Shown here one piece after another: positions 1 through 12,249 of a stretch of DNA of 64,000 nucleotides. The position numbers were made by a program, and so were the translations under genes. Source of the DNA: Macrostomum lignano (taxonomy: Eukaryota); contig NIVC01001973.1 in the NCBI GenBank assembly GCA_002269645.1, forward strand, positions 101,848 through 165,847, given 5' to 3'. Each line of letters begins with the position of its first letter. The stretch's first letter is position 1. Under the pieces are notes generated by a model. The model made no database searches. It was not told the DNA's origin and saw only the letters and a program-made list of their open reading frames with translations.

Positions 1-305
1 TCTCTCTTATCTCTGTATCTACTTTCTCTTATCTCTGAATCTACTCTCTCTTATCTCTGAATCTACTCTCTCTTATCTCTGAATCTACTCTCTCTTATCT
101 CTGTATCTACTTTCTCTTATCTCTGAATCTACTCTCTCTTATCTCTGCATATACTCTCTCTTATCTCTGAATCTACTCTCTCTTATGTCTGAATCTACTC
201 TCTCTTATGTCTGAATCTACTCTCTCTTATCTCTGAATCTACTCTCTCTTATGTCTGAATATACTCTCTCTTATGTCTAGCTTCTCTCTCTTATATCTGT
301 ATCTA
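1..305. repeat. 22-bp minisatellite (tctctcttatctctgaatctac), about 13 copies, cut by window start
   Basis: Tandem repetition read directly. Confidence 0.95.
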
Positions 306-859
306 CAGTATATGCACCACTCTAATCTATATTTATATTCTCTAAACTCATATTTTCTATCCTCACTCACTTTCACATATTATTGACTCGACTAATCAGT
401 CACCAGGGTCTATTCTTGAGCCGCCGAGGCAGCATAAAAAATTAGTCAAATAATTGGCTGCACAGGCAATTGGGCGGTGCGGTGGGGGGGGGGTTGTTAT
501 TGCCATGGTCGCCAAGCCCAAGAGAGATCGAAATTGGCTGCGCCGAGACGAGAAGAGTTGCGTTGACGCTTGGAAAGTCAATAATCTTATAAGTAATTGG
601 CGTAGCTCGCGTATATAGAGAAGGGAAGAAAGGGAGAGGGTGAGAAGCACTGGACCCCGAGGGGGCAACCGCTCCCCCCCTTAGTCAGTTAGATTAGGAC
701 GCAATTGTCTATGGCCAAGGAACACTAACAATGCGAAATCTGGATTGGTAAAGCTTAGCAATTTATTTTCAAGTGCAATATTACTTACTGCTGGATTTCA
801 ATTTTAAATCTCTTCTCTGAATACACTCTCTGTAGTTTCTGAATTTCATTCTCATATCT

Positions 860-1375
860 AAATCTCACCCTCTCTTATCTCTGAATCTCACCCTCTCTTA
901 TCTTTGAATCTCACCCTCTCTTATCTCTGAATCTCACCCTGTCTTATCTTGGAATCTCACCCTCTCTATCTCTGAATCTCAGCCGCTTTCATTTCTGAAT
1001 CTCACCCTATCTTATCTCTGAATCTCACCCTCTCTTATTTCTGAATCTCACCCTGTCTTATCTTGGAATCTCACCCTCTCTATCTCTGAATCTCAGCCGC
1101 TCTCATTTTTGAATCTCACCCTATCTTATCTCTGAATCTCACCCTCTCTTATTTCTGAATCTCACCCTCTCTTATCTCTGAATTTCACCCTCTCTTATTT
1201 CTGAATCTCACCCTCTCTTATCTCTGAATCTCACCCTCTCTTATCTCTGAATCTCACCCTCTCTTATCTTTGAATCTCACCCTCTCTTAACCCTGAATCT
1301 CACCCTCTCTTATCTCTGAATCTCACCCTTTCTTATCTCTGAATCTCACCCTCTCTTATCTTTAAATCTTACCCT
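860..1375. repeat. 23-bp minisatellite (ccctctcttatctctgaatctca), about 22 copies, related to the 1-305 array
   Basis: Tandem repetition; shares the core tctcttatctctgaatct with 1-305. Confidence 0.95.
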
Positions 1376-1816
1376 CTATTATATCCGTGTACGGCCTCTG
1401 TCTCTACCATACAATCGTACACCGCTAATTCTAGTGGTCCTTGGTCCAGACGTGCGCCCATGAGGCTTCTCAATCTTCACAATCCAAATCCTGCATCTAG
1501 AGCACCCTGTCCGCAGCTTCACTGAAGTGAATAACATTCAGGCTACTGGAATTAAGCATTGAGTTGCAAGATAGGCAGAAAATTGCAATCTGGCAAATGC
1601 TAAGCATAGCTAGACTTCGAATTTAGACTGCCCACCCCCTCACCCGGCTCCGAAATCAACAAGCCGTATGATATTGTTTTTATTTTTATACACTTTATTT
1701 TATTCATTCATTTCAGCTCACCAGATCTGGCGTGAAATGCGACCTCACCCGAACAAAATTTAGCGGATGGCTAGGTTGATGGGCACGCGGTTGGAGTCTC
1801 TCCTGATGGGGTCTCA

Positions 1817-2070
1817 CGGTCTGGCATCGCATTCCCAGTTAAAAAAGCTAACATTGGCGTCTTACATTGCCGCCCCGAAAGCATCGGCGCCCCGAAAGCA
1901 TCGGCGCCCCTAACATTGGTGCCCTTAACATCGGCGCCCCAAGACCCGGCGACCATAACATTGGCGCCCCTATCATCGGCGCCCTCTATCATTGGCGCCA
2001 CTATCATCGGCGCCCCCCAAGCATCGGGCGCCCCTAACCATCTGGCAGTCATAAAGGTCATGGCAGAGAC
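1817..2070. mobile_element. Possible small insertion with internal degenerate catcggcgccc repeats
   Basis: 9-bp direct repeat ggggtctca at 1808-1816 and 2071-2079; internal ~17-bp repeats 1865-2035; TIRs weak. Confidence 0.3.
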
Positions 2071-2279
2071 GGGGTCTCATCTCACACGCTCTAATCTAAC
2101 ATCATCTATAAGTGACATAAGCCAACCAAAAATTAGCTTTCAATTGCCAATATTGCTACTGTTAGTAGCCGCTTATCACGTGCGAATATATAGTTCAGAT
2201 ATAAAATTTTCCAGGAAACGGTCGGTACTCCTAGCTCCAAATCTTAATTACTCGCCCGAAACCACATACTTTATTTCTT

Positions 2280-2650
2280 GACACAACTTCCTAACTCTCC
2301 CGACACAACATCCTGACTCTCCCGACACAACATCCTGACTTTCCCGACACAACATCCTGACTCTCCCGACACAACATCCTGACTCTCCCGACACAATATC
2401 CTGACTTTCCCGACACAACATCCTGACTCTCCCGACACAACATCCTGACTTTCCCGACACAACATCCTGACTCTCCCGACACAACATCCTGACTTTCCCG
2501 ACACAACATCCTGACTCTCCCGACACAATATCCTGACTCTCCCGACACAACATCCTGACTCTCCCGACACAACATCCTGACTCTCCCGACACAACATCCT
2601 GACTCTCCCGACACAACATCCTGACTCTCCCGACACAACATCCTGACTCT
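2280..2650. repeat. 22-bp minisatellite (ctcccgacacaacatcctgact), about 17 copies
   Basis: Tandem repetition read directly. Confidence 0.95.
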
Positions 2651-3094
2651 CTGCATTCTGACCCACCGACCACCGAAATCACCCATCTGTCTCCTGATCC
2701 CGCGTGTAAACAGATCATTTTCCGCGTCATGTACTTTTTTGGCGACATTTTGAGTTCTTATTTGTTAAAACTAGCTACTGTTTTAGTTTTAGCTTGGATA
2801 AAAATATCCGGCTTTAGCTTTCTACTCACAATTGGCGTAATTAGGTGTGAAAGCAGTTGTTTCGGCTTTTAACAAAATGTACTTTTTTGTTATGAATATA
2901 TTTGACATACTGGAATGCGTATAGGATGTCATTTTAAATAGGTCAACCTAAACATTGAGATAATAACCAAAGAATTATGATATGAATCATAAAATTATGA
3001 TTCACAGTAAAGTCACATCGTAAGATTGTAAGCTATATCTCACTTGAAGTTTATGAGTTCAGTCTCTCTTTGACTGTGAGCCACACAATGAAAT

Positions 3095-3612
3095 CACGAG
3101 CTTAGTTTCCCATTCACTGTGAGATCCTAAGCTTAGTCTCACCACGAGATCCCAAACTTAGTCTCATTCTGAAATTTAGAGCTTAGTCTCACCGTGAGAT
3201 CCCGAGTTTTTTCTCACCGTAAGATTCCCAGCTTAGTCTCTCTGTGAGGTCACGAGCTTAGTCTCAACGTTAGATTCCGAGCTTACTCTCTATTTGGGAT
3301 TCCGAGCTTAGTTTCACCGTGAGATTCCAAACTTAATTTTACCGTGCGATTCCGAGCTTAGTCTCACCGTGAGATTCGAGCTTAGTCTCACCGTGAGATT
3401 CCGAGAGCTTAGTCTCAATTTGAGATCCGGAGCTTAAGTCTCAGTGTGAGATCACGAGCTTAGTCTCACCATGGGATCCCGAGCTTAGTCTCACCGTGAG
3501 ATTCCGAGTTTAGTCTCACCATGAGATTCCAAGCAATTAGTCTCACCGTGAGATCCCGAGTTTAGTCTCACCGTGAGATCCCGAGTTTAGTTTCACCGTG
3601 AGATCCCGAGCT
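3095..3612. repeat. ~25-bp minisatellite (gagcttagtctcaccgtgagattcc), about 20 copies
   Basis: Tandem repetition; each unit holds the inverted repeat tctcac-c-gtgaga. Confidence 0.9.
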
Positions 3613-4035
3613 AAACTACCTATAAACTGACATTTCTTGAACTGAAACTACTAACAGTAAAGTAAAAGCAAAATTGTTTTACCGTGAGTCTTAGTATGGC
3701 CTACTACAGGTGGGGAAAAGTCTACAGAATAGATCATTTATTCGATGGAAGACAGAACCGCCCTAAAGACGCACGACCCGTCAGTGGCTATCATCAGTAA
3801 AGGCAGAGTGAGGATCGCTCAAGCAGAACTGGGATTCTATTGTTCTATTGTGCCAGAATAATACGAGCTACCTTGGCTTTGCTCAAGTAGTCAAGGCTTG
3901 AGCTACTTGTGTCTGAGTCAAGCATCCACTTCAATCACAGACTGTTCTATTCAAGAAATAAACTCGGATTCCGTCTCCGCCCCCAGGGGGGGGGGTTCTC
4001 AGTGTAGCAGCTCCCAGCACCTGACAAAACCTCAT

Positions 4036-4818
4036 CAGTGGTGTCGCTATGGATGGCTTTTATGGTTAGGGTGACAAAGCCAAGAATTCTGCACGACAAA
4101 ATTGCTGCATTATTTTGGGAATCGGTGTTGTTAGCACTCCTTTTGGCGCCGAATCCAGACACACGTACCCATTTTGGCGCCGAATTCAGACACACGTACC
4201 CATTTTGGCGCCGAATTCAGACACACGTACCCATTTTGGCGCCGAATCCAGACACACGTACCCATTTTGGCGCCGAATTCAGACACACGTACCCATTTTG
4301 GCGCCGAATCCAGACACACGTACCCATTTTGGCGCCGAATTCAGACACACGTACCCATTTTGGCGCCGAATCCAGACACACGTACTCATTTTGGCGCCGA
4401 ATTCAGACACACGTACTCATTTTGGCGCCACAGACAGGCAACTCATTTTGACGCCGTAGGCAGGCAACTCAATTTGGCGCCACAGACAAGCAGCTCATTT
4501 TGACGCCGTAGGCAGGCAAATCAATTTGGCGCCACAGACAGGCAGCTCATTTTGGCGCCACAGACAGGCGACTCATTTTGGCGCCACAGACAGGCACTCA
4601 TTTTAGTGCCGCAGACAGGCACTCATTTTAGCGCCGCAGACAGGCAACTCATTTTGGCGCCGCAGACAGGCAACTCATTTTAGCGCCACAGACAGGCAAT
4701 TCATTTTAGCGCCACAGACAGGCAACTCAATTTGGCGCCACAGACAGGCGATTCATTTTGGCGCCACAGACAGGCAACTCATTTTGGCGCTACAGACAGG
4801 CAATCATTTTGGCGCCGC
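4036..4818 (+). mobile_element. MITE-family copy with expanded internal minisatellites (31-bp x~9 at 4141-4420, 26-bp x~15 at 4421-4818); right end not found
   Basis: Left end cagtggtgtcgctatgg...gacaaagccaagaattct resembles 27184 onward; 26-bp unit ttttggcgccacagacaggcaactca also forms 56680-57500. Confidence 0.65.
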
Positions 4819-5097
4819 CTCATCTCCAGCTGCTTGAGAACTGCTTGACAATGCTTCGACGAAAGCGCACTTGGTTGGGGATACTCTAATTTGATTCTCT
4901 TAAAGTCAAAGTCAGAAATTTAATATCTCGTGAATAATTTGGTTATTTCTTAAAAATTTATGCACCTTTGCGTCTGCAATTTCAGCAAAAATTACACTTC
5001 AAGTCAAACAAAGCATACTTATAGCTAGATTTTTTCTGAAGAATCAGTCAGGCAGTCAGTTTAAAATATAGATAATTTTAACAACCCAGTGCGTGTG

Positions 5098-5395
5098 ACT
5101 GTCTATCAACTGTCTATTCACTGACACATAACTGTCTATTCACTGACACATAACTGTCTATTCACTGACACATAACTGTCTATTCACTGACACATAACTG
5201 TCTATTCACTGACACATAACTGTCTATTCACTGACACATAACTGTCTATTCACTGACACATAACTGTCTATTCACTGACACAAAACTGTCTATTCACTGA
5301 CACATAACTGTCTATTCACTGACACAAAACTGTCTATTCACTGACACATAACTGTCTATTCGCTGACACAAAACTGTCTATTCGCTGACGCAAAA
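5098..5395. repeat. 22-bp minisatellite (aactgtctattcactgacacat), about 13 copies
   Basis: Tandem repetition read directly. Confidence 0.95.
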
Positions 5396-6032
5396 CTAAC
5401 ACCCCACACCCACGCGAGAGCCTACTCCCACCCACACGTAGGCAAGTACCCTGCCACCCACACAAATTTATCCACCCACTGCTGACACTCGCCCTTCTGC
5501 CAAGCACAAAGTCATCCACCCAGCAACCCCCACACTCAGCCTTCAGCTCCCGCCCATGCGAATCCAGCCGTGCAATTTCAATGCCAGTCGCTAGTCTCGC
5601 AGCAACAATAAGAGTGATAAGGCTTCAAGGCTTTAAAGCAATTGGCATGCGAGTTCTCCTGGCATCCTCAGAGAGCCAATCCTTGAGCAGCTGGTGCCCC
5701 AGCCAACTCCAACCTCTCAGGCCAACCGATGCAGTAACTCAAGTCTTAATATAGACGAGTTGCTTCACCCACTCGGCTGCTTGTCCCAGAGGAGAAATAT
5801 TCCCAGCAACAAGATAGAGTTGAGAAAGTCAGGAGTTGAAAAGCAACCAGCAGCAGTCATAGTTGTGGAGAAGACGCTCAAGTAGACGCCCACGCAGACG
5901 TCACTGCTGCATCTTGAAATTCAATAAGTTTCTACAAATCCAAATTCCTGTCGATAATCATCTAGCTAGGTAGCAGTGCTCTCAAGAGTTGGACAGCTCA
6001 AGAACAAGTGCAGCAGACAGAACCAATCGAGT

Positions 6033-6341
6033 ATGCAGTTTTTCACAGAAGTCGCCATCTGCTGTCTATTGCTGACCGTGCCGACAGTCAAAGTCTGCGG
6101 CATGGCTGCGACAATCGACAATGAGGATGATGGCGACATGAACCAAGCGCTGGAGAGTCAACGCAGCATCCAGGACGGTGTCGAAGGTGATCTACTTTGG
6201 ATTCTGAAGGCTGCCAGACGGCAGGGCAAGCGGTCCTCGGGTCTGCAGCTGCCAGCAAAGTACAGCGACTTCGTAAAGGACTGGGCAAAGGAGATGCGCT
6301 ATTCCACAACCAATATCAGGTATAGGTGCGGCTTGCACTGA
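6033..6341 (+). CDS. Candidate secreted neuropeptide prohormone (about 102 aa, or first coding exon of one)
   Basis: ATG 6033; hydrophobic N-terminus MQFFTEVAICCLLLTVPTVKVCG; acidic spacer IDNEDDGD; G-K-R amidation and cleavage site (RRQGKR); non-repetitive GC-rich island. Confidence 0.6.
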   Translation: MQFFTEVAICCLLLTVPTVKVCGMAATIDNEDDGDMNQALESQRSIQDGVEGDLLWILKAARRQGKRSSGLQLPAKYSDFVKDWAKEMRYSTTNIRYRCGLH

Positions 6342-6824
6342 CTGACGTTAATGACAAATTAATGTCCACCAAATTAATATCTGCACCGTTCATTTGCATT
6401 GCAGATGGTAAGACTAACCTACCAAAGCAAGTTAAGACAAGCCTCGCCGATCGATTGATTGTGTCTTTTAAAAAATTAACACAATAATGTAACATAAAAA
6501 CTTGAAAACTCAATTGTAACTTAAGCCTTGTTGAAAAATATAACTCAAACCACTTCAATAAATAAAATACATTAAATTAATTAAGAAAACTACGCACGTA
6601 GTATCGCTTCACTCGAAAAAAACTGGAAGTCGATATCGAGTTCGAATTGTCCGAAGCTAAATGGCATTTGTTTCGAGTTGGCCACGTTTTGCTTGTTGGA
6701 GTTGCTATCGGTATAGGGATAACACTGGTACAAAGCAAACTATGTGAAGGCGACAGTCCGCTCGCAGACAGTCAGGAGGTAGGCCAGTCTTGCCTATAAC
6801 AGCGAAAACCGAAATACAGGGACC

Positions 6825-7462
6825 CTAAGCCTACTGCGACCCTAACCCTAAACCTAATCCAGAACACTAACTCTTAAACCTAATCCATAACCCTAATCCA
6901 TAACCCTAATCCAGAAACCCTAATCCAGAACCCTAATTCAAAACCCTAATTCAGAAGCCTAATTCAGAATCCTAATCCAGAACCCTAATCCAGAATCCTA
7001 AACCACAAACCTAATCCAGAACCCTAATCCAGAACCCTTATCTAGAACCCTAATCCAGAACCCTAACCCAGAACCCTAATCCAGAACCCTAAACCAGAAC
7101 CGTAAACCAGAACCCAAATCCAGAACCCTAAACCAGAACCCTAATCCAAAACCCTAATTCAAAACCCTAATCCAAATCCCTAATCCGCGACCCTAATCCA
7201 GAACCCTTATCCAGAACCCTAACCTAGAACCCTAATCCAGAACCCTAAACCACAAACCTAATTCAGAACCCTAATCCAGAACCCTGATCCACAACCCTAA
7301 TCCAGAACCCTGATCCACAACCCTAATCCAAAACCCTAACCTAGATACCCTAATCAAGATACTCTAACCTAGAACCCTAATCCAGAACCCTAATCCAGAA
7401 CCCTAATCCAGAACCCTAATCCAGAACCCTAATTCAAAACCCTAATCCAGAACCCTAATCCA
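6825..7462. repeat. 13-bp minisatellite (aaccctaatccag) containing the telomeric hexamer CCCTAA, about 48 copies
   Basis: Tandem repetition read directly. Confidence 0.9.
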
Positions 7463-8063
7463 ACAGCAGGTCAACGCAGGTCAAGTTATTGATACACTGG
7501 CTTATTTAAGCTAGTTTCAAGACATACAGCATTCGAGAAATATACTCTTAAATTACTTCCTAACTTTGGAAAGATAGATTTAGGAAAGAACTCATTTCTT
7601 CGCCTAAAAGAGATTTGTTCTGAAACTTCTCAAACACGATGATGTTTCGAAGAGATTGCATGAAAATCATGTTTGCGTGTAACAGTAGAACTCCCAAGAG
7701 AATTAAGGGAGAATTAAACACCAACTTTTAGTTTTATAGTTTACAATAATATTAGCCGCACCGGATTTTCGTGATTAAGATCGTGATTAAATTGCACAGG
7801 GTAGAGTTATTATATTTTATACTACAATAGTACTGCTTGCACTTTATATAGCGAAGGTGGGAGTGGCACTATATTTATTCTATTGCTCGCTAGCATGCAT
7901 AAAACTTCAACAAAAGACAATGAAAACTCATAAATAAGTGTTTTACGTAAGCGAAATAAATATCACAATAAGCGGTGGATTTTTTAATTAACTAGAAAGC
8001 TTGAGTCACAGGCCACACTGCTAATGTACCATTAAAAGTTCTTTATCATTGAGTTGTTCTATA

Positions 8064-8651
8064 CTGTCCGTCAAAAGTTCCGGAACCCTTGCTACAATGT
8101 CTTCTAGCGGACATAATTTCAGTCCGTTTCAATTGTAACTTGATTCAAATGAAAGCTGCGGATCTCAGCTCCATGATGTGGTCAAGAAAAAGTTTATTCG
8201 AAGGAGCGCGTGTGAACAGGCCAGTGTTATGTACATAAAGGTTAGAGAAAAAAAGTGAGGAAAAGACAAACAAGCAATTGACTCTCCCATGAAAGCTGAC
8301 TGCACAAGAATCCATAAGAGCCTGTTGATTTCAACACAAGTTTTGGCCATAGACTAATGTTAGCCAGGCTGAACACTGCGCGCAAACCGATTCCTTCCCA
8401 TGTGTGTTTGCTCCATAGACTCAGCAACCATAGACAATTGCTTGTTTGTCTTTTCCTCACTTTTTTTCTCTAACCTTTATGTACATAACACTGGCCTGTT
8501 CACACGCGCTCCTTCGAATAAACTTTTTCTTGACCACATCATGGAGCTGAGATCCGCAGCTTTCATTTGAATCAAGTTACAATTGAAACGGACTGAAATT
8601 ATGTCCACTAGAAGACATCGTAGCAAGGGTTCCGGAACTTTTGACGGACAG
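8064..8651. mobile_element. Tc1/mariner-type foldback MITE, 588 bp, ~217-bp TIRs
   Basis: 8064-8280 is the near-perfect reverse complement of 8435-8651 (ctgtccgtcaaaagttccggaac...); TA on both sides; 154-bp spacer. Confidence 0.85.
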
Positions 8652-9131
8652 TATATAAGAGTTTTACTTTACTAAGCAGAATCAGGCTGACGGGCAAATG
8701 CTTTTATATATATATATACGGGCTATAAATATATGCAAAATTGATTGACAGATTTGAACATGCGCGCAAGTCTATCGACACGGATTCTGTGAGATTATCG
8801 CAGCATATCAAAAAGCATATTCTTAGCTTATCAACAACATGGCTACAGGATATTCAACGCTTCAGTCAATGCGAGTTCATCGAAAAAACCAAGGACCCTG
8901 AAAAAGAAACCGAATCGAAATAAACTGGTCGATGGAGAAGAGATCCTCGAATTACAAGCTGTGGCAACACGCGCTGTGAAAAATTAAAGTAGACAGTCGT
9001 GCAGGCGACAATGATGATGATTACATTCTTTGACGAAGTGGCAAACAGATATTTTGGGTCAATATTTAAGTCAATGCTGCACTGGCAAAACGCAAAAGAA
9101 AAATTCTCGCTACATTCTATTGAAAAGCAAA

Positions 9132-9642
9132 TCGTCAAGATCTACCACAAGTATCGTCAAGATCTACCACAAGAATCGTCAAGATCTACCACAAGTGTCG
9201 TCAAGATCTACCACAAAGTGACGTCAAGATCTACCGAAAAGTATCGTCAAGATCTACCACAAAGTATCGTCAGGTCAAGATCTACCACAAGTATCGTCAA
9301 GATCTACCATAAAGTTTCGTCAGGTCAGGATCTACCACAAAGTGTCGTCAAGATCTACCACAAAGTGTCGTCAAGATCTACCACAGAGTATCGTCAGGAT
9401 CTACCACAAAGTATCGTCAAGATCACCACAAAGTGTCGTCAAGATCTACCACAAAGTGTCGTCAAGATCTACCACAAAGTATCGTCAAGATCTACCACAA
9501 AGTGTCGTCAAGATCTACCACAAAGTGTCGTCAAGATCTACCACAGAGTATCGTCAAGATCTACCATAAGGTATCGTCAGGTCAGGATCTACCACAAAGT
9601 ATCGTCAAGATCACCACAAAGTGTCGTCAAGATCTACCACAA
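9132..9642. repeat. 21-bp minisatellite (gtcgtcaagatctaccacaaa), about 24 copies
   Basis: Tandem repetition; explains the repetitive parts of ORFs 8999-9723. Confidence 0.9.
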
Positions 9643-10354
9643 AATGGAAGTGGTATTAAAAAAAATGTGCCATATCTACCAGTAAGAAGTGGATGTGCAC
9701 TTGCAGGAGGAATGAAAATATGAAATAAATTCATCGACAAAAGGCAGACGGCATAATGATTTATAAAAGCATAGAAATAGTCTACATGTAGACTGCGTCT
9801 TTATGAGGCCAGACTGAAATTACCAATTTAAATTAGGGGCCACAAACAGGGATTTCGTAGAATCATCAGACGACACCATACGAGCGTACAAGTCAAAATG
9901 ATAAAATCTTAACAATCCAATAAACTCAACGCTTACATACTACGAGCGCTCGTATAACCATAAGGACTACATTGAGGCATCTAAATTTAGATCTACAACA
10001 ACAGAAATTTATCCCATAGGACTCGCAAAGCTGAACTAACCCCAATCGCTAGTCTTCACTAACGTATATTGTTACGACGGGCCTCGTTTTCTGACATGTC
10101 AAATTTAGAAAGTCATAAAAATAGATTAATATATATAATACAAGGCTCTGCTGCGGCATCCCGCGTATTCAAAATCGATGATGCAATAAAATACTGCTGT
10201 ACTTGCAGGCACCCATTGATCCACTCTCGAGTGCATGAAGATAGGCAACTGCTAAATACAATGGCAACCCATAATACTGTTCAAGCTTTATCAAGTATTC
10301 ACGTAGAGAATATTTATTTTAAAACCGCCAGTACAAAAGAGAATTTAATTAGAT

Positions 10355-11375
10355 CTGTCACAATTGACTGCCAGTGTCATTTGACTGTCAGTGACATTTG
10401 ACTGCCAGTGTCAATTGACTGTCAGTGTCAATTGACTGTCAGTGTCATTTGACTGTCAGTGTCATTTGACTGCCAGTGTCAATTGACTGTCAGTGTCATT
10501 TGACTGCCAGTGTCATTTGACTGCCAGTGACAATTGACTGCCAGTGTCATTTGACTGTCAGTGTCATTTGACTGTCAGTGACAATTGACTGTCAGTGACA
10601 TTTGACTGCCAGTGTCATTTGACTGTCAGTGTCATTTGACTGTCAGTGACATTTGACTGTCAGTGACAATTGGCTGCCAGTGTCATTTGACTTCCAGTGT
10701 CATTTGACTGCCAGTGTCATTTGACTGTCAGTGTCATTTGACTGTCAGTGTCATTTGACTGTCAGTGTCATTTGACTGTCAGTGTCAATTGACTGCCAGT
10801 GTCATTTGACTGTCAGTGTCAATTGACTGTCAGTGTCAATTGACTGTCAGTGTCATTTGACTGCCAGTGACAATTGACTGCCAGTGACATTTGACTGTCA
10901 GTGACAATTGACTGCCAGTGACAATTGACTGCCAGTGTCAATTGACTGCCAGTGTCAATTGACTGTCAGTGTCATTTGACTGCCAGTGACAATTGACTGC
11001 CAGTGTCAATTGACTGCCAGTGTCAATTGACTGTCAGTGTCATTTGACTGCCAGTGTCATTTGACTGTCAGTGACAATTGACTGCCAGTGTCATTTGACT
11101 GCCAGTGTCATTTGACTGTCAGTGTCATTTGACTGTCAGTGTCATTTGACTGTCAGTGTCATTTGACTGTCAGTGTCAATTGACTGCCAGTGTCATTTGA
11201 CTGTCAGTGTCAATTGACTGTCAGTGTCATTTGACTGTCAGTGTCATTTGACTGCCAGTGTCATTTGACTGCCAGTGTCATTTGACTGTCAGTGTCAATT
11301 GACTGTCAGTGACGTTTGACTGCCAGTGTCAATTGACTGTCAGTGACATTTGATTGTCAGTGACAATTGACTGTG
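10355..11375. repeat. 17-bp quasi-palindromic minisatellite (gtgtcatttgactgtca), about 60 copies
   Basis: Tandem repetition; variants contain gtcaattgac. Confidence 0.95.
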
Positions 11376-12249
11376 CATGTATTTTGGCCTTCTCTCGAGG
11401 ACAGGGTGAAGTCGTCAAAGACAATAGAGTCATCCGAGAGTTAATTTGAGGCGTGCTAGGCCTTCGTCACTTTATGAATTTAGAATGGCATTTTGCATTT
11501 ATAACAAATCTATGTAGTCTACTTAATTAGTACTTCAAGTAGAAAGTAAAGCGTTAACACAAAAACTCTTGGACGAAATTTGCGCGACTGTTTAACAAAT
11601 CTACAACTCTCGTGATGAGCTCGGAACTCAACATTACAGTTGTTTGCAGTGGCTCCTCGGTGATTCTTGTCATGAAAACGATTTCAACGGTTAAGAAATA
11701 TAGCCTAATTTACGAGCGTAATAAAGATAAATGATTTAAGGCAGACAGACGGAGACTTCAGTAAATCTCCAAATTTTCCAGATTATTATAAACACCGGCT
11801 TTATTAATAAATTTGAAATTTCGCATGCAAAGAATTATTAAATACCTAATAGCATTAGAAGCTGTTATTACTATATCTTGAACTAAACTGGCCTTATTTA
11901 ATAGCAAAGTTACAAAAAAAGAAAGAAGCAAACTATACTACTATCAGCTACTACTATTCATAACTACGTTAGTAGCATATATTGCGCCTCTGCAAACAGT
12001 AGCTCGTAGTAACGATTTTTTTGAGTCAAGTACTCAATCATCGGACAGACAATTTATACAACTAGATAACTTTAACAGGTGAGTAAGACCAAAGTGAAAT
12101 TATAATGCCTTCGGCATCCGATGCATTATTTAAAAAAGAGAAGTCAGAAGACTCGTACAAATGTTAAGGGAACTTTTATAAGTTGCAAAACATGTACAAT
12201 ATACAAAACACATTCTAACATTCAACTTGTGAATTTGGTACGATTAATG

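Noticed and set aside
8741-9130. Short ORFs upstream of the 21-bp array
   Set aside because: No recognisable motif or consistent splice sites.
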